From the NCBI RefSeq assembly GCF_032191835.1, contig NC_083230.1:72354001-72418000 (forward strand): a DNA stretch of 64,000 nucleotides, read 5' to 3'. Under the pieces are notes generated by a model that was given only the letters and a program-made list of their open reading frames with translations, ran no database searches and had not been told where the DNA came from. Position numbers and translations under genes: made by a program. This document shows positions 1 through 12,019 of this stretch, piece by piece; within the stretch, counting starts at the first letter, position 1; each line of letters opens with the position of its first letter. This DNA is from Heteronotia binoei. Taxonomy: Eukaryota.

Positions 1-2091
1 TACAGAATGACTCCAATCTATATCAATTGATTTCAAGGAACCAGAGTTACTGCATATGATTGCACTGTTTGTTCCCCAGGGTTCCTAATGCTAAAAAGAA
101 GGAATGGGGATGGAGACTTTGCTACTGCTGACCCTGACAAGTGGTGAGACAAAATTTCTAAGAAAGCCACTGAATTAATGGACTGATAATCACAGAATGC
201 TGGACATGGGGAAAGGGGATGGTGTGCAGTTCTGATAGTTAGATAGCAGAAAACAATTGTTGGGGATAACATCAAAAATGAATTAAGTAGGGAAGGCAGT
301 CCAATGGCAGAGATCAAGGGGTGGGGGTTATTAGAGAAACAACTGAAGCAAGGGGATTGTCCACATGATTATTGATAGCACCAAGGAGCAAGGTGAGCAG
401 AGGTGTTGTCAGACAGGCAGAAGGTTAGCCAAGAAACAAGGTCTGAAATAAATTTGAGAGGGGTTTGAAGGGGCAGGGAAGAGAGATCTAGGTCTGCAAC
501 ATGGAGGTGCAAAGGAGAGTACAATCATACCAAATGAACCTGGGATAGGGACACAGAGTGGTAGGATGTGAAAAGCAGTCCAGCATTCAGGACAAGAGGG
601 TACAAGGAGAGACAACTGAAAAGCAGAGCAGCAATTCTAGAGAAAGAGAATGTTGTGCTTTTACAATAAAATTAATGTTGCAAAATCACTTCAAAAGACA
701 ATACTGTTTCTGGAAAATTGTCCTGATCAGGGAAGTGGGGAATGTATTAAAACAGGAAGCTGTACACTATGTATTTCAAAGGCATGGATTCCTTTTTTGG
801 GGGGAGGGGACAACTTTGTCACTTTCCTGTGTTGATACCATACTATGGTCTTCAGCAAGTATAACAAAAGAAATAATCACAATGAATGCTATTAAATTTA
901 AACTCCTTTTTTTTGCCGTTGAAAATAACCTTGAAAATAACCAAGATTGCACTCCACAATAACATCTTGCTTGCAGCTGAATTTGAAATGTTATCATGCT
1001 TTCTAGTCTGGAACACTTGAGAAAAAGGCATAATATTTTTATGTATCAGACAAAAATAGATTCTCCCCCCCCCCCCGCACACACATTCTGGAAAAACGAT
1101 ATCTTGCTCAGTCTATGCCTTCTTGATGTCAAATATTTTTGCTTGATATCTCAGGAGAGTTGTATAAGTTAATTTGAAAACTCAATGCAAGTAAGCATCT
1201 TATGCAATTAAGCAGTTGGATTCATTCACCCTATTAGTCATTGTCAAAATATATTGAATCAAAATGATAAACTTACCTACATAGACAATATTTATTCCAA
1301 AGTGTATTTTTTCTCTATCAAGTAGTAAATATTCTGCGATAATCTTAGGTAATGATTGTTTGTACCAGCACATCTCAGATGAATACATGAGACTACAATA
1401 TGTTTGATTTAAACCAAGTTTCTTAGTTATTACTTCGTAAACTGCCTGGAGCAGGTCTCTACAGAAGGAGGTGGTTTCAACCCTTTTCTTGTATGCCTCT
1501 TCCATAATTTGAAACCCTCCTCCCAGGCTGCAATGAGGTCTGCTAGAGAAATGTGATGTCTTCTAGGGACAAATGTAACTTTATGGGATCTCGAAAACAA
1601 CCAAAAGAAACCAAGTGAAACTAGTGAGCTTTTCTTCCTCAGTATCCTGAGTAAGATCAGTGTGTTCGGTATCACACAAAGCTTCCAAAAATTGGGTTGA
1701 AGTAGTTGTCCCAAATATGTGGCATTCATTTATTTATTCATTGATTCCAATACAATAAGATGCTTCTGAGACAGTTTTAAAGGATTCAGTTTCCCTTTAC
1801 AGACTTATTAAAATTCACTCGGCAGATGTCATGTATAACTGTATAAAGTGTTTATTAATTCTGGGCTTCTGTAAATGTTGTGACATCTCTCCTAGCATCC
1901 ACATATTACCAGAACTATGTGGTTTTGAAACTTTGGTGTAGAACTGGATGGCTGTGATGGCAAACAAACAGTAACAGTAATGTCACTGAGATCTTTCAGT
2001 GCAATGAAATTATGCATAGTTCTTCAAGTATTTATTCATATGTTGAACATTGTGAGCAGTTCCATTCACATAACTCTGACCTGGTCCTGTG

Positions 2092-2260
2092 AAACAGAGC
2101 AAAATTTCAGGGGGACCTTAAAGACTAGTAGGATTTATTTCTGTATAAGCTTTCGTGAGACACACTCACTTCTTCCATGATTCACAAAGCTCATAAAGAA
2201 ATACATTTTGTTAATCTTTAAGGTGCCTGTGAACTTCTGTTTTGCTACAGTGAACTAACA
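2092..2260. mobile_element. Penelope-like (PLE) inverted terminal-repeat remnant with a degenerate hammerhead core
   Basis: The left arm (...GGACCTTAAAGACTAGTAGG...AAGCTTTCGTGAG) and right arm (...CTCATAAAG...TTAATCTTTAAGGTGCC...) are inverted. The minus strand reads tgGAAGA-A-GTGAG-tgtgt-CTCAC-GAAA-GCTT, the same family as 28069-28737. Confidence 0.65.
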
Positions 2261-2366
2261 TTTATTTATTTTTTGTACTTATATCCCGCCCTCCCTGCCG
2301 AAGCAGGCTCAGGGCGGCTAACAACAATTTAACATCAGACAGTAAAAACAATAAGCAAACAATTAA

Positions 2367-4287
2367 ATTAGTAATCCATTATCAATTAAGGTCCAATCGC
2401 TCCGCCATGACTGCCCTGCCAATTTAGATGCAGTAAGTGAACTCGAGGCCCAATGCATGTCTTCTGATTTAACCCTGGATTGCCTCGCCCCGCTCAGCTT
2501 GGAGGAAGTCGACAGAATACTTGGCACTGCACGATCCACAACTTGCGATCTGGACCCATGTCCCTCCTGGCTAATTAAGGCCTGCCAGGAGGAACTAAGG
2601 TGTCCTATACGGGACATCGTAAATCGATCCCTTTCAGAGGGTATTTTTCCAACACCCCTGAAAGAAGCAGTGGTCCGCCCTCTCCTGAAAAAAGTTACAT
2701 CAGACCCGGCCGAATTGGCACACTACCGACCGGTCTCAAATTTGCCCTTTTTGGGCAAAATTATTGAGAGGGCTGTGGCGTTGCAGTTACAGGATTTTTT
2801 GGAGGACGCTTCCACCCTGGACCCATGCCAGTCCGGCTTTCGCCCGGGCCATGGGACAGAAACAGTCTTGGTCGCCCTTATGGATGACCTCTGGCGGCAA
2901 CTGGACCGAGGCGGCTCGGCAGTATTGCTGCTGCTAGACCTGTCGGCTGCGTTCGATATGGTCGATCATCGGCTGCTGACCCGCCGCCTCGCTGACGCAG
3001 GAATTCGGGGGTTAGCCTTACAGTGGCTCTCCTCCTTCCTTGAAGGTCGGGGACAAAGGGTGGCAATTGAGGGGGAGCTGTCTCAGAGACACCCACTTTA
3101 CTGTGGGGTGCCTCAGGGGGCAGTTCTCTCCCCGATGTTGTTTAACATCTACATGCGCCCCCTTGCCCAGATTGCACGGAGGTACGGGCTTGGTTGTCAT
3201 CAGTACGCTGATGATTCCCAGATCTATCTATTGATGGACGGCCGGACTGGCAATGTCCCTATAAATCTGGACCGGGCGTTACAAGCCGTGGCTGACTGGC
3301 TCAGGCTGAGTGTGCTGAAGTTGAATCCGGCGAAGACTGAGGTCCTTTGCGTGGGCCGGGTCGGACCAGGAGGGGAGATCTCCCTACTGGCTTTTGACGG
3401 TGCGCCACTGATACCAGTGCGCAGGGTCAAGAGCCTGGGAGTGCTACTGGAATCCTCTTTATCAATGGAGGCCCAGATAGCTGCCACGGCTAGATCCGCC
3501 TTCTTCCACCTCAAGAGGGCGAGGCAGTTGGCTCCCTTCTTGGAATGCAGCGACCTAGCAACTGTGATCCACGCAACAGTCACCTCGAGACTAGACTACT
3601 GCAATGCCCTCTACATGGGGCTGCCCTTATGCCGAACACGGAAACTTCAGGTAGTACAGAACGCGGCGGCCAGGCTGCTGCTGGGACTACCTCGGTGGGA
3701 ACACATGCAGCCTGGGCTGCGGGACCTGCACTGGCTGCCGGTTGTGTACCGTGTTCGCTATAAGGTGCTGGTTATTACCTTTAAAGCCCTATATGGCCGA
3801 GGACCTGCCTACCTTAGGGACCGCCTCTCCCCATATGTTCCCCAGAGAGCACTGAGATCTAGCTCCCAAAACCTCTTAAAAATCCCTGGGCCAAGGGAGG
3901 CTAGACTGAAGACAACCAGGGAGCAAGCCTTTTCAGCAATGGCCCCTCGATGGTGGAATCAACTTCCAGAGATGGTGCGAGCCCTGCGGGACCTGAACCA
4001 GTTCCGCAGGGCTTGCAAAACCTCTCTGTTTCAGCTTGCCTTTGGGACAGAACCTGGTTAAACGGATCTGTAGCTATCCAGCCATCTTGTGCATGATTGG
4101 GATCTACAGCACTTTATAGCACCGTTTGATCCATCTAATTAACTATGTAACTGAATTGTATTTTAAAATTGTTTGTTTTATATTGTATTTTATTTATATC
4201 ACAGTGTTCCATGTCTGTGAGCCGCCCTGAGCCCGCCATCAGCGGGGGAGGGCGGGATATAAAAATAAACTTATCTTATCTTATCTT
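2367..4287 (+). mobile_element. 5'-truncated L2-clade LINE, young
   Basis: 10-bp TSD AAACAATTAA at 2357-2366 and 4288-4297; (TTATC)n tail; open RT ORF; CpGs retained; highly similar to the copy at 11764-16400. Confidence 0.92.
2457..4061 (+). CDS. L2 ORF2, reverse transcriptase and C-terminal part (endonuclease missing by 5' truncation)
   Basis: 534-aa ORF with CDLDPCPSWL, QSGFRPGHGTET, DLSAAFD, GVPQGAVLSP, YADD and SRLDYCN motifs. Confidence 0.9.
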   Translation: MSSDLTLDCLAPLSLEEVDRILGTARSTTCDLDPCPSWLIKACQEELRCPIRDIVNRSLSEGIFPTPLKEAVVRPLLKKVTSDPAELAHYRPVSNLPFLGKIIERAVALQLQDFLEDASTLDPCQSGFRPGHGTETVLVALMDDLWRQLDRGGSAVLLLLDLSAAFDMVDHRLLTRRLADAGIRGLALQWLSSFLEGRGQRVAIEGELSQRHPLYCGVPQGAVLSPMLFNIYMRPLAQIARRYGLGCHQYADDSQIYLLMDGRTGNVPINLDRALQAVADWLRLSVLKLNPAKTEVLCVGRVGPGGEISLLAFDGAPLIPVRRVKSLGVLLESSLSMEAQIAATARSAFFHLKRARQLAPFLECSDLATVIHATVTSRLDYCNALYMGLPLCRTRKLQVVQNAAARLLLGLPRWEHMQPGLRDLHWLPVVYRVRYKVLVITFKALYGRGPAYLRDRLSPYVPQRALRSSSQNLLKIPGPREARLKTTREQAFSAMAPRWWNQLPEMVRALRDLNQFRRACKTSLFQLAFGTEPG

Positions 4288-6284
4288 AAACAATTAAAAC
4301 AGTTTAAAACAATTTAAAAATTAAAACAATTTTGGTGCTAAAGTTGGTACGGTACGTTCAGCGATGTTGGGCATCTACATAGTTGGGCTGAAGGCCAGTT
4401 GAAATAGAGTTGTTTTGCAGGCCTTGAGAAACTGGGCAAGATCCCGCAAGGCTCTTACCTCTTCTGGGAGTTGGTTCCACCAGTGGGGGGCCGCAGTTGA
4501 GAAGGCTCTTTCTCTGGTAGCCTTCAGTCTTGCCTCCCTCGGTCCAGGGATTGACAGTAAGTTCTGCGATCCAGATCTAAGTACCCTCTGGGGAACATGT
4601 GGGGAGAGACAGTCCCTAAGGGCCCCTTTGCAATAATTATGGCTGGTCTTATGAAAAGTATAATAGCTATTGGAGGAAATGCTCTAATTCTGCTGGTTTT
4701 AACTATTTACTTGTGTATTTCTCTCAACCAAAGACTTTCAGCATGTTCAACCACAATCTACCGGCTTTGATGGCTATCATCATGGTTTAGCTAGTCACCA
4801 GATTTGTTTGGTTTGGCAGAAAAAAGTCCAAACAAGTTGCAGAGAGGTTTGTGGCCATATATTAGCCACACTTACTAGTATTTAGTGGCTAGAATCCATG
4901 AAGACAGCCAATCAGAGCAGTTCTTGCTTGTATCACAATTGGTTGCCTAGCAGAAAAATGCAAAGAAGAGCTTTTCTAGAAGAGTCTATCCTCCATCACA
5001 GGGATCACAGCAGATTTTGTTTTGGCAAGCAAAATGCAATGCTCTTGCTTTCTTTTGGGGGTGATTTGCACTGTGCTACATATTTTTTTAAAGATATGAA
5101 ACAATCTGCAAGGGAAAAATCTATACTTCCCGTGGTGCTTTGTAAAATCTTTCTTTCACACATACACACACCATCCAAACACATCGGCAGCTATTACCAT
5201 CGCTAAGAAATACAGAAAGCAACACTGAACTGTTGGTTTTTTTTAAGAGAGAGAGAGCCTTGAGTTGCCAGTCTATATGCTTCATGATTAATTTAATTCT
5301 ATGGTTTGGATGCAGAGCAAGAAGGTGCATATAGAAATGCCTAAGGTTGGGGGAAGAGAAGTGCACTGGGCTGTGTGACAATGCAAATGTGTGATGGTTA
5401 ATCATACAGTACCATGTTTCTTGAGAAGGAGTAAAGTTACCCCTTGAACATCTGCAAATGAGTTGCGAGAAGCTGAACCAATCATAGAATAATTGGCTGC
5501 CTGATCATATCAAGATGTGATACAAATTGGCTGGTGTTCAAGCATCCCTAATTTTTTTTGTCTTAAAGAATATGTTTTGCAGAAGTCTGCTGTTAGCTTA
5601 CATTTGTTTTGCATCTTCCTGTTTTTCTAATTTGGGCAAGGATGCCACTTTTAAAGAAAGCCTTTGGCTTTTGATGGCTTCTTTGGCTCTGCTCATTAAC
5701 CATCCACCCTGGTAGATCTGATGGTATATTTCCTCATCTGTGATATACATTCTATCTGAGCTTCAATTATTGTGGATTTAAATAACTTCCAAGTTTCCAG
5801 AAGAGATTTGACCTTCTTTACCGGCCCTTTCAACTTCCTTTTGACAAATCCCCCTATTTCTGAGAATTAAAAGAATGAAAAAGAACTCACAGGGGGGGAA
5901 AGCTGACAAATTCAGTCATCTCTAATTTTGACTCTTGTCTTTTTATAACATTTGAGACATTTCTAAGAGAGTATAGAGGTCAGTGGGCCAATATGTATAA
6001 TTTCCATTTTCAGTTGCCACACTGGTGTATGCACATGAACCATTATAATTGTTCAAATAACCTACTTTTTCATGCTGAAGTGCCCATATAAGAAAATAGT
6101 CCCCAGACCTGAGGAACAGGGCTACAATCCTAAGAACATATCCCTGGAAGAAATAAAATGTTTCTTCTGAGTATATCTGTTTAGGATTGCTCCCTCTGTG
6201 TACCAATAATTTTTATTACCATTAAATATTCCCACTTTTTTAAAAGGAAGAACTCAAAACAACTAATTCAAAACATTACCATCT

Positions 6285-6812
6285 GAGGGTAACCAAGATG
6301 ATCAGGGGGTTGGATTACCTTTCCTATGAGTATGAGACTATTCAATTTAGAAAAATATAGCTAAGGAAGACACGACTGAAGTTTTTTTTTTTTTAACTAT
6401 TAATGGGATGGTGAAAGATACTAGAAATCAGGGACCCCCAATGAAGCTGATGAACAGTTAGTACAGGATAGACAAAAGGAAATATTTCTTCAGTCAATGA
6501 GTAACTAAATAGTGGACTTTGCTGTTAATGGAGGGATGGTGGCCACAAACATATAATGCTTTACAAGGGAGTTAAATTCATGGAAGATATAGGTCCATCA
6601 ATGGCTACTAGCCATGGTGAGAAAAGAGAACCTCCATTGTCATAGTCTGATACCCAATTATAGGAGACAATATCAGGGTAGGGCCTTGGCTTTTGTGCCT
6701 TGTTTGCTGGCCTTCAGGGCAACTGGTTGTGTGAATCAGGATGCTGGACCAGATGGGTCACTAGTCCAGCAGGGCTCCTCTTTGATTCTTAACTACCTAT
6801 GCAGCTTATTGT
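6285..6812 (+). mobile_element. Decayed CR1 LINE 3' fragment
   Basis: CR1-like ORF2 end and 3' UTR text (GATAGACAAAAGGAAATATTTCTTC..., GGTCCATCAATGGCTACTAGCCATGG, GCTGGACCAGATGGG...CAGCAGGGCT). Confidence 0.6.
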
Positions 6813-7611
6813 AGAAGGTAGAATGCTTTTTACACATAATTAAAAACAACAGTCTTAGCCAATGATAGAGTTTGGGTTACAAAATACTTAGTATGTCATG
6901 TAACTGGAAGTCCTAATACAGGAAGGAGACTATGACAAAATGCTGAAACTTGATGGGATGACACTCACAACTGGAATATTAGAATTCAGGGTTAAAACTT
7001 ATTTAAAAGAGACAGGCAAATGAGAATCCGGCCCCTTCCTGCCCGCACTGCTGCTTGGCGGTATAGGGCGGGGGCCGCATTTGCCTCCCCAGATGGAGCC
7101 GAGGCAAACGGATCTCCGCCCATCCGGGTATGGCTGGGGGCGTGGACGGGGGCTTTATTGGCCCAGCCAAGCCTCCTGTGGCGCAGTTTCTCGGGCACTT
7201 TCGGCTGAACGGGAGCGTATTCCGACGCTCCAGCCGATCGGCCTGGGGGGCTTTGCTGCGGCGGCATTGGCGGTGCAGCGACGGAGCTGAGGAGCATGCT
7301 CCGCTTCCATCCCTCTTCCGTTTGAAGGCCTGAGGCCACACACTGGTGCAGCGTCGGGTTCCCCCCCCTCCTCAGCTTTGGTGGCAGTGATTTGGGGGTG
7401 AAGCAAGGGTTGGCTGCCCCCACCCTCCCTCCTCACAATCGCGGTGTTCTGGGGATTGTTGGAGGACATTCTGTGTGCAGCTGCAGGCTGCAGTACTGTG
7501 GCCTTAACCTTCTGGGTTCATTTCCCCCCTCCTCTCACCCCCCCCACCCCAAGGTTAGCTTTGGTGACACCCTTCCTCCTGCTTAATGTTGATAAGGGGT
7601 TTAAGGCAGAG

Positions 7612-9187
7612 CGATGGCTCCTAGGAAGGGACAGGGCAGGTCTAAGGGCAAGCAGCCCCTGAAGAGAGTGCCCGGAAGGCGCATGCCCACTGAGCACCCT
7701 GGGGAAGTAGATGAGGCACACACCAGGCGTGCTATAATTGAGCAGCTTGCTGCATTAGAGTGGCAACAGAGTTTGGTCCCTGGGTCAACGTGCCAGCTAG
7801 AGGGTGGAAGGCTGCACGGATCTCTACCAGGGCCTTCAAGCAGGAGGTCCTGGCACGTCTTTCTACTTTACAGGATATGACCATGCGGCCTGGTCCTTCG
7901 GGAGTGCCGAGCTGGGATCCACCGGACAACAACCCAGATGATGACGATGAGGTTAATAGTCTGGATGGGGCAAGTCTGGCGGATCTGGAGGTCCGGCGCC
8001 AGTGGTGTTAGCTGTTAATGCGGATGACTCTGATGGTAAGCATGTCTGCCGTGGTAATAATAGTGGGTGGCCCTGGGGGGGGGGGGGTTGGGGGCCCCTC
8101 TGCATTACGGGTGCGGCTGGCTCTGCGGCCATGTTCGGTACGGGATGTGTTCGGGGGTCACCTAATTTATCCTGTCTGTCAGGGGCTTGGGTCCCTGGGA
8201 CTCATGGGCAGGTTTTACCATGGGGGTCTGCTGAGGTGTCTTTGGTGGCTGCTACCCCATCTACCTCGTCCAGGGCTTTGACCCAGCAGTTATCGGTTGG
8301 GTCATTACCGTGGGGTCATCAAATGAGTGGGCAATGGCCAGCCGGATGGCCAGCCGCCCAGTGGGGGGGATGGGGCTTGGCCCCAACTCCCTATGGGGCA
8401 GTTCCTTTTCAGTGTCGTCCATTCGGTGACACCGCCATGCCCCTGAGGATCATTTGACAGTGTCTACCAGAGAAAAGATCTTGCGTGGGGAGTATGTGGA
8501 TGTTTTTAGCCTTCTCTATAGGGAACTCGAGAAGAAGGACAAGGACGAACTGGAGGATAAGGATAAGGAGACACTCAAGCGCAGAAAGATTGAGAGGAAT
8601 TGGGCCAACTGGTTAGCGGGGTTTTTGATTTATGCGGGGGTGATAGCGCGGGCACAGCCTTTACGGGCGGCTCCACTATTCCAATACTGCAACATCATTT
8701 ACAAGGCTTATACAGACTTTGCGGGTGCTGCATGGCTGCAGTACGACGAGGAGTTCCGTATGAGGGCAGCATTGAACCCCGCAATTCTCTGGGACCAGAT
8801 TAACCAGCAGCTGTGGCTGCAGCTCACGTCTCCGGCTAAGCCTAATACCGGTGGCAGGTCGGACAGCGGTCATCTTGTGAGTACAATACCATAGACCTTT
8901 ATTGGCATTAACATCTTGTGAGTAAACAGGCAAGTGTAGTGGGTCCCCGCACAGCAGTGGGGCAGTCGGTTCAACCCCGGCTGCTGTGTTGGGAGTACAC
9001 GTCGCAGGGCGTGTGCAATAGAAAAACGTGCAAGTACAAGCACGAGTGCCCGCTGTGTGGGGGTTCGCATGCATTATCGGCATGCAATAAATCCAAGCCC
9101 AGACCAGGGAATAAGCGGTCAGGTGGCAGCGGGAATACCCAATCAGCTAACAAAAGAGCCCAGCCCCATCAAGCTGATGGTACTTAA
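7612..9187 (+). pseudogene. gag-like ORF1 of the YR retrotransposon with C-terminal CCCH and CCHC-type fingers
   Basis: Starts MAPRKGQGRSK, then is frameshifted. It contains REKILRGEYVDVFSLL...WLQYDEEFRMRAALNP...W, typical of DIRS/Ngaro gag, and CWEYTSQGVCNRKTCKYKHECPLCGGSHALSAC. Confidence 0.8.
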
Positions 9188-9950
9188 GGATCTTTTGGCA
9201 GAGTACCCAAAGGTTGGGGACAGGGAGTATCTGTGGGAAGGATTTTGTTGTGGGTTTCGTATCCCATTCCAGGGCCCTAGAGGACCCTGTATGGCAAGGA
9301 ATTTACGTTCAATCCAGGGGATGGAACATGTGGTGAGGGATAAGATCGGGAAGGAGTGCAAGGAGGGCTGGATGTTAGGCCCTTTTGATGAACCCCCTGT
9401 CCCGAATTTGCAGGTATCCCCTTTAGGAGTGGTGCCCAAGAAGGCTCCGGGGGAGTTCTGGCTTATTCACCATTCGCCCTACCCAAAAGGGGGGTCGGTG
9501 AATGATGCCATTCCCGACTTCCTAGCTACAGTTCGGTATACCTCCTTCGACCAGGTGGTCAAAGTGGTATGGAGTTGTGGGATTGGGGCGGAGATGGCGA
9601 AATGCGACATTAAGTCTGCATTTTGCCTTCTGAAGGTGCACCCCGATGATTTTGAACCTTTGGGTTTTATGTTTGAGGGTAAGTTTTATATGGACAGGGC
9701 CTTGCTGATGAGTTGTTCCATCTCTTGTTCAGCTTTGAACGTTTTAGCACTTTTTTGGCTGGGTCCTGTGCGAACGGTTGGGCTCAGCTAATTCAGTTCA
9801 TTATCTGGATGATTTTTTGTTTGTGGGCCCGCGGGGGTCGGGTCAGTGTGCCCGGCTGCTTCAGTCCTTTTTACGGTTGGCTGAGGACCTGGGGGTCCCG
9901 CTGGCCCATGAAAAGACAGAGGGTTCTTCGTTAGTATTGACTTTTCTGGA
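9150..9950 (+). pseudogene. Reverse transcriptase of the YR retrotransposon
   Basis: SPLGVVPKK..GEFWLIHH, GGSVND, AKCDIKSAF and HYLDDFLFVG motifs. Frameshifted, with an apparent deletion after LTFL near 9947. Confidence 0.9.
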
Positions 9951-10414
9951 ATGCAGCAGGATTTTGAGGTATGGGAGCAGTTTTTGTCCTCATTTAATGG
10001 GGTTTCCTTTTGGCGCAAGGATATGAGAATTGAGGCTGATCGGACGCCGCTGGATCCATTGGTTTTGGGGTATACTTTCAAGGGCATTGGTGTGCTGAAA
10101 GTTGGCCCAGCGAATGGTTGGGCAGTGAACTATGTCGCAATTTGACCTTTCTTGAGTTTTTTCCTATAGTAGTAGCTGTTCAGTTATGGGGAGCGGAATT
10201 GGCTAATCATGTTGTGCATTTCTGGTGCGACAACATGGCTGTAGTTCATGTTATCAATACATTGACTTCTAAATCCGTTCTGGTTATGAGACTGGTTAGG
10301 GCATTCACTTTATGTTGTTTAAGTCTGAACATTTTATTTCTCGCTAAGCATGTGCCAGGTGTGTGCAATGGTGTGGCGGACACTCTGTCTCGCTGGCAGA
10401 TGGAGCGATTTTGA
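9951..10414 (+). pseudogene. RNase H of the YR retrotransposon
   Basis: TFLEFFPIVVAVQLWG...FWCDNMAVVHVIN...AKHVPGVCNGVADTLSR, a DIRS-type RNase H. Confidence 0.88.
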
Positions 10415-11163
10415 CAGCTTGCACCAGAAGCTGACCTCCTGCCGGCCCGGATGCCCCCAGAGATGTGGCAGCTTGGAGAGTGAGGCTGACTGGGCAATGA
10501 TGAGAGTTGAGGCTGACCGGGCAATGATGTTAGCTCTGGCTCTCAGTACCAGGAAGGCCTATAATCGCTCTGTTAAGCAGTTCCATGCATTTAGGGAACA
10601 GGTAAGGTTGGGCAGGCTTTGGCCCATTCCAGGGTCACACCTCATGCAGTTCTACGTCCATTTGAAAGGTAAGGAACTTGTAGTTAAGTCTATAAGGGCC
10701 AAGCTCGCAGCCTTAGCGTTTACAAGTAAAATACAGGGTTTTACGGACACTTCAAGTGATTTTAGGCTTTGTAAGATGTTGGAGGGTTGGGCCCGGGAGC
10801 AGGGCCCTCGGCCCGACACTCAGGAACCCCTTTTCACCTTCTGTTTTAAAGGGATTGCAGGCAGTTTGGCCTGGACTTTGCTCCTCAAAGTTCGAGGCTT
10901 TATTATTTCAGGCTGCAGCTATGACAGCCTTTTTCGGGGCGCTCAGGGTCAGCGAGCTTGTGGTTAGCTCTCACCATGACTCTTCTGGCCATTCCCTTCA
11001 GTCTGGTGATTTGAAAATACAGGGTGATTGTGTATCTATTAAGGTTCAACAGTCTAAGACCGATCAGAAACAGAGGGGTACTGTTATCACCTTTGGTTCG
11101 TGCCTAGATCAGGAAATTTGCCCTGTGATCACCCTGAAGAGGTATACTGCAGCAAGGGGAGAT

Positions 11164-11400
11164 AATAATAATAATAACATTTTATTTATATCCCGCCCTC
11201 CCCGCCAAAGCAGGCTCAGGGCGGCTAACAACATCTCAATCCATACAATAAATTATACAACAGGTTTTAAAATCACATTCACTTAAAACATTCCAATTAA
11301 AATTAACATTCCTGGTGCTACTCTATTAGACATAAATATTATGGCAGAATCACTTAAGGCGAATCATCAGTTGTTCAGTCAGTTAAAGGCCATCCTAAAA
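11164..11400 (-). mobile_element. Severely truncated L2 3' end inserted antisense in the YR ORF
   Basis: (TTA)n tail, the L2 terminal motif GCCGCCCTGAG...GGGCGGGATATAAA, and ORF2 end FRMAFN* on the minus strand; putative AGAT TSD (11160-11163 / 11453-11456). Confidence 0.85.
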
Positions 11401-11453
11401 AGGTTGCCCCATGCCGTGTTTTGTTCAATAAAGTTGCCCTGTTTATTTACCCA
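11401..11453 (+). repeat. Captured copy of the Ngaro 3' end (matches 17400-17452)
   Basis: 52 of 53 bases identical by direct comparison. Confidence 0.95.
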
Positions 11454-12019
11454 GATGAGGCCGGCCCCTTATTTTGTCATGAGGACCAGTCACCTTTGAC
11501 CAAGTTTCAGTTCTGGACCATCACCAGCAGGGCCTTGAATAGGCTAGGGCTGGGTGGGGTCAAATTTGGTACCCACTCTTTTCGCATTGGGGCAGCATTT
11601 ACAGCGGCTGCTATGGGGTATCCTGGAGCAGCCATTCAGAGAGTGGGCCGTTAGCGGTCCACAACATATAAGGGTTATGTTGCCCATTGGATACCCAACA
11701 GGCTGATGTTTGATATGTTGTTTCCAGTTTTGTGTGGTTCACGTTGTTCCTTTCTATTTTTTATAATAATAAATAAATAAATAAATAAATTTTATTTTTA
11801 TATCCCGCCCTCCCCCACCAAAAGGCGGGCTCAGGGCGGCTCACAGACATGACTACGTCATGATTCAATTAAAAGCAGATAAACATTATGAATACAATAC
11901 AATTACATATATAGATTAAAATACATAAAAATAGGTGCTATAATTTCTGATGTCACAATTACATATTATCAGCTTCAGTTACAACATAAGATGGCTAGAG
12001 TTAGAATGATTTTATCAAG

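Larger units (their letters stand above)
2261..4622 (-). mobile_element. Older L2-clade LINE 3' fragment (2261-2366 and 4288-4622) split by a younger L2
   Basis: The L2 3'-terminal motif ATCCCGCCCTCCC...GCTCAGGGCGGCT lies at about 2282-2320. Segment 4400-4620 is the reverse complement of the L2 ORF2 C-terminus (WNQLPEEVRALRDLAQFLKACKT-like). Confidence 0.8.
10490..11706 (+). pseudogene. Tyrosine recombinase of the YR retrotransposon, split by an insertion at 11164-11453
   Basis: Catalytic motifs AFFGALRVSEL (R), SKTDQ (K), HSFRIGAA (HxxR) and GR*RSTTYKGY (Trp mutated to stop; Tyr). ...AARGD resumes as DEAGPLF after the insertion. Confidence 0.9.

Noticed and set aside
1-1000. ORFs of 60-134 aa at the window start
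   Set aside because: No recognisable motifs or convincing splice signals; probably decayed repeat or non-coding DNA.
1200-1900. Possible L1/Tx1-type C-terminal remnant on the minus strand (ETES..HL, HIF.D..FWK-like)
   Set aside because: Needs several frameshifts to read; too degraded to support without alignment.
7021-7600. DIRS1-type inverted terminal repeats, internal complementary region, or a ribozyme at the YR element 5' end
   Set aside because: No extended complementarity to the 3' end and no hammerhead or HDV core found by eye.
10490-11706. Phage or bacterial integrase, contamination or horizontal transfer
   Set aside because: The YR is collinear with gag, RT and RNase H of a DIRS-order element and is interrupted by host LINEs.
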